From contig OZ193909.1 in the NCBI GenBank assembly GCA_964276515.1, forward strand, positions 1,364,001-1,428,000: DNA of 64,000 nucleotides, in the 5' to 3' direction. Below the pieces are notes generated by a model. That model worked only from the letters and a program-made list of their open reading frames with translations. It made no database searches and was not told the DNA's origin. Position 1 is the first letter of the stretch, and each line of letters begins with the position of its first letter. This stretch comes from Gordius albopunctatus. Lineage: Eukaryota. This document shows, piece after piece, positions 1 to 12,200 of the stretch. Position numbers and translations under genes: made by a program.

Positions 1-201
1 GTCCTATTCGTATCCTCTTGGTAAGGGCCCCTTCGGGAAACATGGCTTGAACCATGGGCACTATAGTCGAACTAATGATACCACCCTCGGGTCCTATGGT
101 GTGAGTTTCTTGGTGGATTCTAGACACTATGGCGAAGTAGAGGGGAAAATCGTTGGTTAGGATCCTCGTTATTCTGGTCGTATGCAAGTCGTCCAATGCA
201 T
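1..201 (-). CDS. ANK: Ankyrin exon entering the second ZU5 domain (truncated by window edge)
   Basis: acacag acceptor, then [67 protein letters not shown]. Confidence 0.95.
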
Positions 202-3200
202 CTGTGTTAAAGGTTGAGACAGAAGATTCACAGGTTTAGGTAGTTGACTTGTAATGTTTTTTTCGGTTCGCGTTCGATTAACGTAATAAAACTTTACAAA
301 AAAGAATTTTTCAACTTGTACCATGTGGCGTTGTAAAAATGGCTGCACTTTTTTTGTCGACCTTTAGTTTAACTAAGGCTAACGGTCGATTCTGGTCTGG
401 TTTTGAAATTTGGACTAAACCTAGAGGCCGAGTCAGAAAACCAGACCAAAAAGCTTGTGTCTGTCTGTCTATGTTTGGTCGACTAAACAACACGCAGGCA
501 TACACTAGTGTACATCATTAACAATTGGTTCGTTAAGGAAGGAAGCGCTGCATTAGCGTCGTTTACATGATCGCGAATTCGGCAAAAAAACACTTAATTT
601 CGTATTACGTACACGCATCCTGAAATCAACGGATTTAAAGATATTTGACCCAATCTTACGTTATTGAGCTGTAACGAGTTACGAATCTCTTTAAAATTTG
701 TCCACATCGCAAATAGTGCTGTAAAAATGGGTGATGGGGTTTGAATAAAATTTTAGGGTTTTGTACCTTCGCCGTCGAAGCTTTCGTTCAAGACTTCCTG
801 CACAGCCGTTTCTGAAGCTTCCAGCACGTGTTCTCGCCACGTTTCACCGTTGTCGCTCCGGAGAATGGTTATTTCGCGTTCGTTGCCCCGCAGCGAGGCG
901 AAATGAGGAATTTCTATGATCACTGGCCTGGCATCGTACAAAATCAAAAATAGAGTTAGAATTGTCCTCTCTAACTTTTCTTTAAACAAAAATCTATATA
1001 TTCTGCAATCTATACTCGCAACCTTCACCCCAAAACCCGACTCAAAAGAGTTGCGTAAAATTAGACCCAAAACTAAAACTTATTTTCCATCACCACCAGG
1101 TGTTAAATTAAGGATCGTGAAAAGTTTTGGCAAAAATCTCAAGATTACATTCCTAATTTTAAATCAATATAAAAGTTTATGGCCCAAAGAAAATGGTGAT
1201 AATGGTGATAATGTCATTGCGTAACTTATATTTCGAAATCTTTAACCTATATGAAGGTTCAAATTCAAGAGCCTCTAACCTTTGATTATTCTAACTTCCT
1301 GGTTTCCAATCCAAAAACTAGGCATAAATTAATTTAGCAAAAAAAGTAGAATAGTAGGCAAAAGGTTAATTTACCCCAAAAATTTGGTTCCGGCCGGTCC
1401 TAGTTCCAGGACGCGGCAGGCAAGGCCCTCGCCTTCCATGAGTGGAGGAGGGTTGGCCATTTTTTCCTTTTTCACGAACCTGCAAGTTACCCTCAACGGG
1501 CCCGGGGCCTTTCGTGGTGGTATTATGACCCGCACCCCAGAATGTCTACACCCCCTCATGGCTCCACCCCTAGCGTCTACCATGAAACTCACCAGGAATC
1601 TGTCGTCACATTTTTTGCAAATCGACCAATTAATAAAATTAACAAATTTGAATTTAAAAATTATAGCTACCAACAACGGTATAATCGTGCACGAATAGTT
1701 ATTACAAAAGAATCAAACGAACAAGAAATAGTATATTGACTAAAATTGAATAAATAAATAAATAAATAAATATGGGAGAATACAACAGTTTAATTTAACT
1801 TCATTAGTCACGGGTTCGGTAAAATGCATGGCTTTTTAAATTTACATTAATAATAATTTTATCTGTTATTTAATCAAAATATATAAATTACATAAAGCTA
1901 TTTTCGATCACAAATTAACTATTGAGTCAGGTATCAATTTATAATAAACGTTAGCAATTTAAAAATGAAACAAAGTAAGGGATTGTTATATGGGGTCAAT
2001 ATGACCCCAAATTGTAAGTAAATAAAAGAAATTTTAAACTAGCGTTTCCAACCAAAGATAACGCTAAAGTACAATTGGCTTACACGATGGAGGACATTGT
2101 TGCGCAATGCCGTTTACAAGGCGCCTTCAATAACCTCGAAACACGTTGTTTAGTAAATAATTAAATCTACACATTTAGGTTTCTAACCAATTTTTTCCAT
2201 CAATTTTTAGCCAAATAATCAATCATTTCGAAAAAAATAAAATTGCACTATCGATAGTTTCCTTTGCACAATCAATCGAAACACACGTTTTTTACTTATG
2301 ATGGCATCACCTAATAAGTATATAAGATTAAGGAGGAGAAGCCCAACAACAAGAGATCAAAGCGAGATTGTATTTCAGGAATTTAATCAATGTTAATTGC
2401 CAGGGTATTGCCCCAATTAAAGCGTTGAGTTCTCTTGTGAGCTAGGGCTAAAGACCCCCCTCAACAGCCCCTTAGAATACTCACAAATTCTGGATCGAAG
2501 TCCGATCTCGGTGTGAAGGCGCGAAGCGTTTTTAAAACACGTGCCGCCACTGTAGTATGGCCAAATATAGTTCTGTCTGACTGTACTTGAGGGAGAATGC
2601 AAAAAAAAATATAGAGGAAATTAAGATTTCGAAATTCGCATTTCGGGTTCGCTTTAACAACACATGTCTCTCTCCTTCGAATCGTATATATTAATTTAAC
2701 GGAAGAATAAAATCTCCCTTAAATCCTGTAGGAATTTCGCTGTATATTTTCATGAGTGTAGCTAGAGCATCAGAATTAGAGGGGGCAAAATGATCATTTT
2801 TTCAAATTTTAGCCCCATAATTTTAATAAATTTCAACAAATTTTTCGATCGCTCCTTGGGTAAGCAGCCTACATATATTTTAGTTCAACATAACAGCATG
2901 ATTTGTTCCACGACCTACCGCCTATTTGCATGGTTAATAAAAACGGGAAAAGCGCTTTAAAAACGCACTTATTTTTAGTTATTTTAGAAACAGCGACGCG
3001 CTTTCGTTTTCAGGCGCTCTAAAAGGGAGGTAGGAGGGCGAAGGGCGTGGTAAAATGACCAAAACAAACAACGCTAAAAGCGAAGCGCGCTCTGTATACT
3101 ACGCGAAGGGAAACTGGTGGAGGTGCGCACGCATTAGCGCAAAATTAATCGACTATAAAGAAAAATTAGCTCTCTCTGAGTCATGTGTTTGCATTTATTC

Positions 3201-6200
3201 CCACTTAAAAAACGGTCCTACAAAATATCAATATCAGAAAGTGGCGACTACCCCCTCCCCTTATATACAATTTTTTAAATTTAAAATATGATATATGCGA
3301 ATAATTTTCTCTGAATACTTATATAAATAATAAATCAAAAGTTGTCTCAACAGTGTCCCAATTTGGAAATTGAAAAATAGCAAATTTTAGGCAAATCATC
3401 GAGGAGCTGGGGTTAGATAGACCCCAAAGGGGTCAATGGAATGGGTTGTTTACTTGGAATGGGGCGTCTCGAATTTTTGGATCCCGTTCCACTTACACAA
3501 ATTAACTATGCGAATGGTGGCGCTATGAACTAAATTTTGCAACGAATTCAACTCCCGCCCATTGGCCTGGTCTAAACTTAGCGGGCAACAGGGTAAACTT
3601 TTGATCGAAACTCCGAGCAAGGGGGAGCGGGGCCCAAACAGGTTGGCGGAAGCGTAATAATTTTTGCCCAGATGATGAGCTCGGATGTCGCGCCGTTCTA
3701 GGGTGGTGGTGGTAGTGGATCCGGAAAAACCATCGTCAACTACGACCGTGGATAGGGAATCACCACCGTTGGGTAAACGTTCTATCGCTGCCCAAGGCCA
3801 TTCTGGGCGACTAGTCTTTAAAGAACCGGAAGAGGAAACTTTGCCGGGCCCGCTAATAATCATTTCAGCGCGTCGCCGAGCGAAGAAACAAGGGAGGGAA
3901 GAGTGAATTTTTTCCATTTCCGCTCCTAAATGAGTGACTACTACTTCGAGATCTCGGTCGAAGGAGAGGGCTTTCAAACTTTCTTCAGCCACTATGCTTT
4001 CGTAACAATCTAGGTATAGGTCTTGTATCGAAAGGGGTACGTGCTGACCGGGTTGGGCTTGTGTGGTAGCTTGACCCATCGCGGGTATGGTGGGGTAAGA
4101 AAGGGATGCTTCGCCGAGGCAGCTTAAATTATGGCTGGGGGGTAAGAAGGGGCGCCTGCCTAAGGCAAAAGCTGAGCCGGCCGCTGCGGAGCTGGTCCAG
4201 CGATGTAAAGGTCGCTCGTAAACGAAAGCCGCTCCCGTCGATGAGGAAGATTGGGCCGAGGTCGGGCTAGGAGGATAGCCGAGGGAAAGCCAAGTTTCGT
4301 AGGTCCAAGGCAAGGTTACTAACCAATCGTAAGGTACGGGTAGCGCGGAGAAATTATGCCTAGAGGAGCGAGGTCTAAAGTCAGCCGGCCCGCAATCTCG
4401 AATACTTTCGTATATGGTAGTGTCGTGGTGGCTGGGCCGCCCCACGTATTTCAGGGCGCCTCGCTGGCGTCGGGATTTAAGCAAGGGCGTCCTATCTATG
4501 ATGTGAACCGTCTTGACTCGGGAGGCGGCGGGCGCGAAGGAGCCCACGCTATATTGATGGGCTAAAGGGGGCGAGGGAGGCGGTTTGGGGATGTGCCCGT
4601 TAGATTTGGAAATTGGGGCGGGCGTAACGAGCCTAGCCCCGACTAGAGGGACGGGCATGTTAAATAAATCTAGCTATGATCTAGTGCTGCGAGTTGAGGA
4701 GAGGGAGGGGGAGGCAGGTGGGAAACTCAGAGCTATCGTAGCAGTTGTGTGCAAAGGGGAAATGACGTTAATTGATTGTAGTCGCGGCGACACTTCAAAA
4801 GTGTCAGCACTGGGCAGCAGCGTCATTTTAAGCACTGCCGAGCGACAGACATAGAGTCCTTATGTGGGTCATCAGCGTTTTGCTCGCACCGGGTTTTAAA
4901 GGGGGAAGGAAGGGAATTAGATTTGTCGTGGGTTTTAAAGGAGAACTAAACTATTTATTCAGTATAGGATCCTTGAGGTTGAGCTCGCCTCTTACTACTA
5001 GAGCTTAGAACGCGATATAATAAGCCTCCTCCTACTATGGTAAGCGTGAGGATGGATATTCATATAATAAGCTTGTTGCATACATATAATATAGTAAGTA
5101 GTATGATGCATCAAAATATGTGGTGTACGTGGAGATGAGGGTGAGTATTACTGGCCTTCTCTCTGTAACCAATAAGCTATCTCCCCCGCATCGGTTGCAG
5201 CACTTGAGTGGTTCCCCGCATTTTACTATCGCCGAAATCAAACGATGAATCCATTAGGATAAGGGGTAGGGGGGGGGGGCACTGCATAGCTTCCCGCTTT
5301 TAAGCTTATACGAGTGCTCAAATTCAATTGAGCAAAGGTATATTTTCGCATCTCGTTGAGTGCTAATCGAATGTAGATGCAGTCAAACAAATTTCAACAG
5401 CCGTCCCTCCAGGCAGGGCCCCTCTTTCCAATTAATTTTCCCTTAAATAAAGCTACACAGGAGCACAAATGTTCTCATCGTAGTCTGACTGACTGAATAA
5501 AGGGTTTGGGCTAAATTCTAATTTTTAGCCGCGTCTATCCGATCCCCCAGAAATTTTCGCAAACAAGATTCCATAAAGTATTGGCAATCCAATCACAAGG
5601 AATCAAAATGACGGGATTTGGGTGAAGAGAGGCGGAGGTGAGGCCGGGAGGGGGGGGGGTTGGTTAAAAACAAAAGCTTAGCCTACTACTACTCTACTAC
5701 TAAATGTGCCACAACAACTTATTAGAAATTGAGCGAAAAACCCTAGGAGGACTCATCCCATTTCCTGTGTTTTATTAGGTTAATAGTGCGCTGCACGAAA
5801 GGGAGGAAGGCTGGGGGAGCTCCCCTCTCGGCCTCGTTTTTTGCCCGCGTGCGGTTTCGCTTAACTTAGCAAAAAAGAATCCCCCCCCCCCGTTTGTTGC
5901 CTCCTTTAATTTAAAGCTAAAACTTTATCTTCAAAGGTCGCATCGCAGCATCCGGAAGGTAAAATAAAATTAAATATACACCCCTAATAGATGTAAAAAC
6001 TGCAGTTGACTTAGGTGCGACCACTAGCTACAAAAAATGATGTATTCTACGTTTTGGCGATGACGTTCAAACTTGTCGATAGCCTGAAACGACAAAAAAC
6101 CGAGCTAATCGCTGCCTTTATTACCACTTTTAGGGTCTTAGGGACGGACGCAAAAAATAGTAAAAATTTCCAAAATAAAATAACTCTCTTAAATTGTCCT

Positions 6201-9200
6201 CTATATTTCGCAATCGCTCGCTGTTTCACTGTGCATCATTGCAAATTGACAAAAAGGAGTCAAGTAAAGGATTTAGATAATGATTTAAAAATCTTTCCCA
6301 GCTATTTCTAATCAGTGGCGTAGCTGCTTTGGGGGGGGGGGCAAAGGAGCAATCCCCCTAGGTAGGCAACTGCCAATCGTACTATCTTTTTAAACAGTAA
6401 CCATTATAAAATCCACATCTAAACCGTTAAAAATCCTAAAAATATGCTATTTTTTAAATTTTTTCCATTTAAAATTTTTTTGTTTCTACGACGGTTTATA
6501 ATGTTTCAGGTAGATTCGTTCCGTATACAGGATACTCTCAGCAACGATTAGCGAGACTGTATCAGATTACAAAGGGAGGGCGGGTGGACAGCTGCCTGTA
6601 AGGGTGTTTGTACCACACAGGGGTCAAGAGACAGGTGAACAAAGATGACATAGAGGGGTCATAATTGTCGCAATTAAGCTTCGAGTGGACACTTCAAATA
6701 ATTTACACCGCTTTATCACGGGGAATTTCCGAAAGGATTTATATGTCGTCAAAGGAGTTTCAATAAAACATGAATGGCGAATGGGGGTAAATTTTACAGA
6801 ATCGAAAATCAAATTTTCAGCTACCCGAACATGAAATTTTTTGGTATTTTAATGAAATTTATCGATAAAATATCAAAATATTAAGTGATTTTGTCCCACC
6901 CAAAATAGTAACGATAATCCAAATCATGTCTACAATACTCTGAAATAACATGGACGCGTTTCGGCCCCTTAAAAAATCGGAGGCCTATTAAATCATTTTT
7001 TTACCACCAACTTATTGTAAATCCCGTTGGTATAATAATGTCCAAATTTTTTGTACGCAGATCGAGTCAGTTAGGAAATTATTAAACCGTGATTTTGCAA
7101 AGAATCGATAATCGTAAAATAGAGAGCTTAATGCCATCATATGTGATATGGAGAAAGCGGGAAAAAAGAAAGGAAACGGGGTAGTTGTGGTTGAGGCTTG
7201 CACGGCGATCCCAAACAATTTTATATGCTTTCGGGTCGGGCCAAAAGCAATGATTCATCTTGCAATATTCTCAAACTTAACAAAATTGTGGCCTAAAAAA
7301 CTCGATAGATTTCTATTCAAACATTGAACTATGAATGTTACTAGAGCTGGGCTTTTGCCTCGTGAATCCATCGACTTAAACTTAATAGCCGTCCCAAAAT
7401 GCTAAAGTCTGTATAAATATGAAGAAATGCCTTACTGCTGACGCTAGCAAAATAAAAAGCATTTGGGCAATCTTATGCTAGGAGCAACAATTCTATTTTT
7501 ACGTCCATTCAGTTGGCAGTAACTGAACACTAGAACGCGACAACGATCCAATTTTGCGAAAAGTTGTCCTATGAAATTTTATAAGTTAAACAGTATTTTT
7601 AAAAAATAAAAAAAAATTGAATTTGCAGGTTTAACCAAAAGGTGCAAAGAACATTCAAATAATAAACAATATCGTGATTTATATAAGATGGACATTAGAT
7701 TTGATCTTGAAGGATAAAATTAATGTTCAGATCGCTTTTTTTGAAATTTTCTTGGAAATATCCATCCACCAAAGTTCATTGAAAATGATGAACATTTTAG
7801 AATGGTGTAAATTGGGAATTCTAGCCATCCCCGCATCTTCAACAAGCGCGAGGTCATTTTCAACTGCTGGGCAAATCAAAAGGGATGCAACGATATTTAT
7901 TCCCAATTAAAAATAAATCTATCAAATTTTTTCAGCATTTAGTTTGTTGAAGTTGATCTTTAATGAGGCACCGCAATTTAATTCTTGCTTTTGGGTGCAG
8001 GTGTCCAAGGTCGAGTTGTAAGCCGTCATGTTAAATATTTTTATGAATTTAAAGGGGGGAACAGGGGCGGCCTCTTTGATTTAGACGGATTCAACGTTGC
8101 AGAAAATATCAGAGAAACAAAGGTTTGATTTGGCATAACTATCGCGCCTTATATTTATTAATAAGTGAAGGGCGATGATAAATACAAAAAATTGTTTCGT
8201 CAATTAGAAAACATAATTGAAAAGTGGAGTCCACTATTTGTCCGCCATTTTGAATTCTGGACAAATAAAGGAAGAACATATAGATGATTATAATATGGTA
8301 ATTTTGGTTAAAAGTAAAGCCTTTTTAAAACGTAATGCCAAAAATATTGAATAAGTTTGACATTAAAAACAGGATTTTATAATATATATCCATTATAAAA
8401 ATAATAAAAATACTGTGACGTTAATGTTATTTAGTGCCATCTGCATTTTATTAACATTCTTTTTGATTTATTAACGCGTGAGGCAGGTAAATTCATACTT
8501 TTCTGCTTCAACGATGCCCTACAACACCGGAGAAAGGCGTGAAAGATGGTACAATCTAAAATGGTTAATTTAATGTCACATATCTTACCATATGAAACAT
8601 ATGTATGACACGAGCTGTCTAAGTGGTCGATGCTTATATTGCAGTAATTTCGCGCTCTAATTCTCTTCTTCCCAAAAATCCCAAAAATTAATTTTGAAAA
8701 TCCTGTGTTAACCTGCTATGCCAACAATGATAGTGACTAGCCTCTGATATTCTGACCCGCTCATTGGAGACAATGGTATTAGTGATAACGGATATAAAAT
8801 ATGAGGTATACACAAATTTTACAAATTTTTTGGGGTAGTTTTATTCATTTTTAATATTTAAAATTAAAATTCAGGGGATTAATGTGAGGAGAAAAAAATG
8901 TTTAACGAAAAATTTGCTCTTTGATTCAATACTACATTTTAAATAAAATTACACCAACGATAAAATTATAGTGGATATAGAGAGAGTTAAAAATAGAAAT
9001 GACCATCTAACGCAAATAGTCGCAAATTAGGTTTGAACGCTAAATAGGCGGAGGGGCCAACAATGATCAATTTATTAGAATAAAAATCGTCACCAACATA
9101 TCGATAAAAGTTTAAATTAGGAGCCTGCAAATTTATCATAGTTTTCATAGCAATTATATCTCGCTGTTTTAAAGGGTAAACTTGAATTTGTCTTTGATAT

Positions 9201-12200
9201 TATTTCAACACTTTAATACCATATTGAAACATAGATTTCTTAGTTCGCCATAAAAAAGGGAGCCGGAATGAGGAGTTAGATTAATGGACACATCGCCTGC
9301 TCATGTCATATATACCATTTTGAATGCTATTTCCCACACCTTTATGCAGTGTAGGTACCCCGTTGTCAAGACAGAAAAGTGAATTCCTCACATTCGTGTT
9401 GAAAGAAAGGAATGTCAATAACTGAGTATTTAATAAAATAATATAGAAGGCACTAAATTGCCTTAAACATCACATAATCACGGAATTTTTATTTTCTTAT
9501 TTTTACGAGTTCTCCAAATGATCTATATTTTAATTAATGCTACTTCTAAATGTACTTCTTTCATTTAGTTTTAAAAACACTTTAATTACCCCAATAATGT
9601 AAAATGGCGGAAAATGGTGAACTCATTAAAGATGGTTTGATGGAATATACAAAAACCGAAAAACTTTCAAATATAATGGAATAATTAACATTTTTTGGCA
9701 CAGTCACGGTTATATAAATGATCACACAAGAAGCACGAATACGGATGATACACTGACAAAATGCTACACACACACACACACACTGAAAAGCGACGATGTA
9801 AGACTTACTTTCTAAAGGACAGTCTCCTAAATTTAAGGATAATATTGAATTAAAATAAATAATTTTCAACAGCCTCATCAAACTTTTTATATGATAACTT
9901 AAATCTAATTAATAAAATAAAATATTTAAAACTAAAAATATAAAAAAATAGTATTTTAAGCATGAGGTCATTTATTACCCCAAATGAACGGGTGGTTTTT
10001 GGGTTGGGACGTTATCTACCCTAACAACTCCAGGGTGTTCTACGAAAGCTTCCTTGCCCCTAGCTTCTTCTCTTTTAATCAGCTGAGTCGGAGAGATGAG
10101 GTCTTCTTGGTACTTGTCTAATTCGAAATAAATTGCAAAACTTGTTAAAAATTAACACAATTTCAAATCGATATTAACGGAAATAATTCAAATTTTAAAA
10201 TTAAAAGAGATATCTCAAAGTTTTCTAAAGTTTTATCCTATGGTATAGAAAAAAGTTAGAAAAGTAAAATGAATTATTAAAAAAGCACTTTCAATTCTAA
10301 AATAAAATTATTTATAGGTGGCGGCAATTGTTAAAATGTCCATTACCATAATCGGGACTGTAATCCGATTTGCCGCCGTGAGACCGCTCCATGATTGACA
10401 ATCTAGCGGAAGGATCCTATCGTCGAATATAATACAATGATTTTAAAAACATAATTTGGAAACAAAATATAAATCAAGTGGGGTAACCCAAGACCCCAAG
10501 CCGTCTAAAAACTAGGAGTAACGAAATTTAAAGCAGCGATTCAAGTATTAAAATATAATCGCACCTAGGAACTTAGTTACGAAATATACATATTTTACGG
10601 AAAAAAATAGTAGAAAAACTCTTTAAAAATATGCAACAAAACATGCTTTATAAATTTATAAAACTGGTTTTTTCGCTCCAAAAAAAGGCGAACCTGGTCG
10701 AGCATTCTAACGGAATCGTCGCCCAGGGATTTCATTTGTTCCGACGTCAAGTATTTGTAAGAATGATCGCCTAGCAGAGTGTCATCACCTATTATACACG
10801 ATCACGTGAGGATTATAAAAAATTGGAACGGGGAAAAATGAATCTTTCGAAATACCTAAGAAAATGTATGATTCAAAGAGGGGCATCCGGACAAAAGTGT
10901 TTTAAACTTTAACTCTTTTAAGCTGGTTGGGCACGACTTAGATTGCTGTAAAAACTTCCAGAACCTTCTAAGACCCCCCCCCCCTTTGGCCCCTTATCAT
11001 TTTGGTAGAACGCACGCACAGCACACACAGATGAGAGAGAGAGAGATTAAAAAAGTGGATAAAGTGTGGGTGGATTAACGTAATCCAGAACACCAAATAT
11101 GGGATTTTATGGGTTCAACGTTCTAGCGTTCCCCCCCTAACTCTTATTTAAAAAGACCCCGAGTTATAAATCGGCTAAATTAGTTTATTTTAGATCGGAT
11201 CAATATGAAATATATAAAAAAGAAAAAATTATTGTGGAATTTAATAGGAGTTATATGAGGAAAAGGCATAAATTCGAATTCAGCTCCTATTTAAAAAAGC
11301 ACCGGGGAAAAGTTACATGAAAAAACGATTCTCGTCAAGTAAAGTCGATATTGTGGCCAAATTGTAGTTCAGAAATATATTGGTTTTTGGTCGATGGTTC
11401 CGGTTCAGAGATTTTTAAAATTTTTCAAAATCATAACATGCATGGCCATCAACCCTTTATATACATATAATGCTTTAAAATACGACTGGCCTGCTGTCTT
11501 GAAGGCACCTTCCGTCGTATAATAAATTCCGATAATAGGTTTACAAAGTCTTCGGATAATTTCGTAATTGCGATACAAGGGAATACAATTCAAAAAGGAC
11601 TTGGAGCGACTCCGAGGCGGAGTATTCAGCCTGTATTTGGCTCTTCGCTTATTACGCAATCCGAACATGGGAAAAATTTTTGGGGGAAGTTTCAGAGCTT
11701 ATTAGCAGTGCTCGGTTGATAAAAAAAACTGAGTTTTGATCAACGTATTTAATATAAATCAGTTAATGTTGGTGTGATAATGTTCATATAGGCTTAAAGT
11801 GTTGTTTGTTTGCTAACCAAAACACACACTAGAGACACCTACTTTGTCACGTTCCAAAAATGTCATGTAATTATGACTAAAATTTTAAAAAATGTTCATT
11901 TTCCCCATCCTCAAATCATTATTGCCCCCTCCTCCTCCTCCTCTAATTTCAATCCTGGCCACGAATTCTGCCCCTTTAGACCCCTGCCCCTGGTCCCGTA
12001 GTAATAGTTGATTTTTTCTGTAGGCATTATTATATGTGCGAAAGTGGTAAATTTCATCCAACCGAGCACATCGGGCACAAATAATAATTAGGCCGGGCTA
12101 ACCCTGACCTCCTCCACCTTCGAGTGCAATTTGTGAAACTTCTTCAAGCCACTCACTCGCTTGCTCGATCGATACTTTATAATTTTAAGACTAGAAATTT

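Noticed and set aside
2417..2602. Ankyrin cassette exon with a gtgagt donor near 2486
   Set aside because: No acceptor gives an open phase 2-2 exon.
2992..3092. Imperfect GC-rich inverted repeat as a splicing-control stem
   Set aside because: Short, bulged pairing with no covariation evidence.
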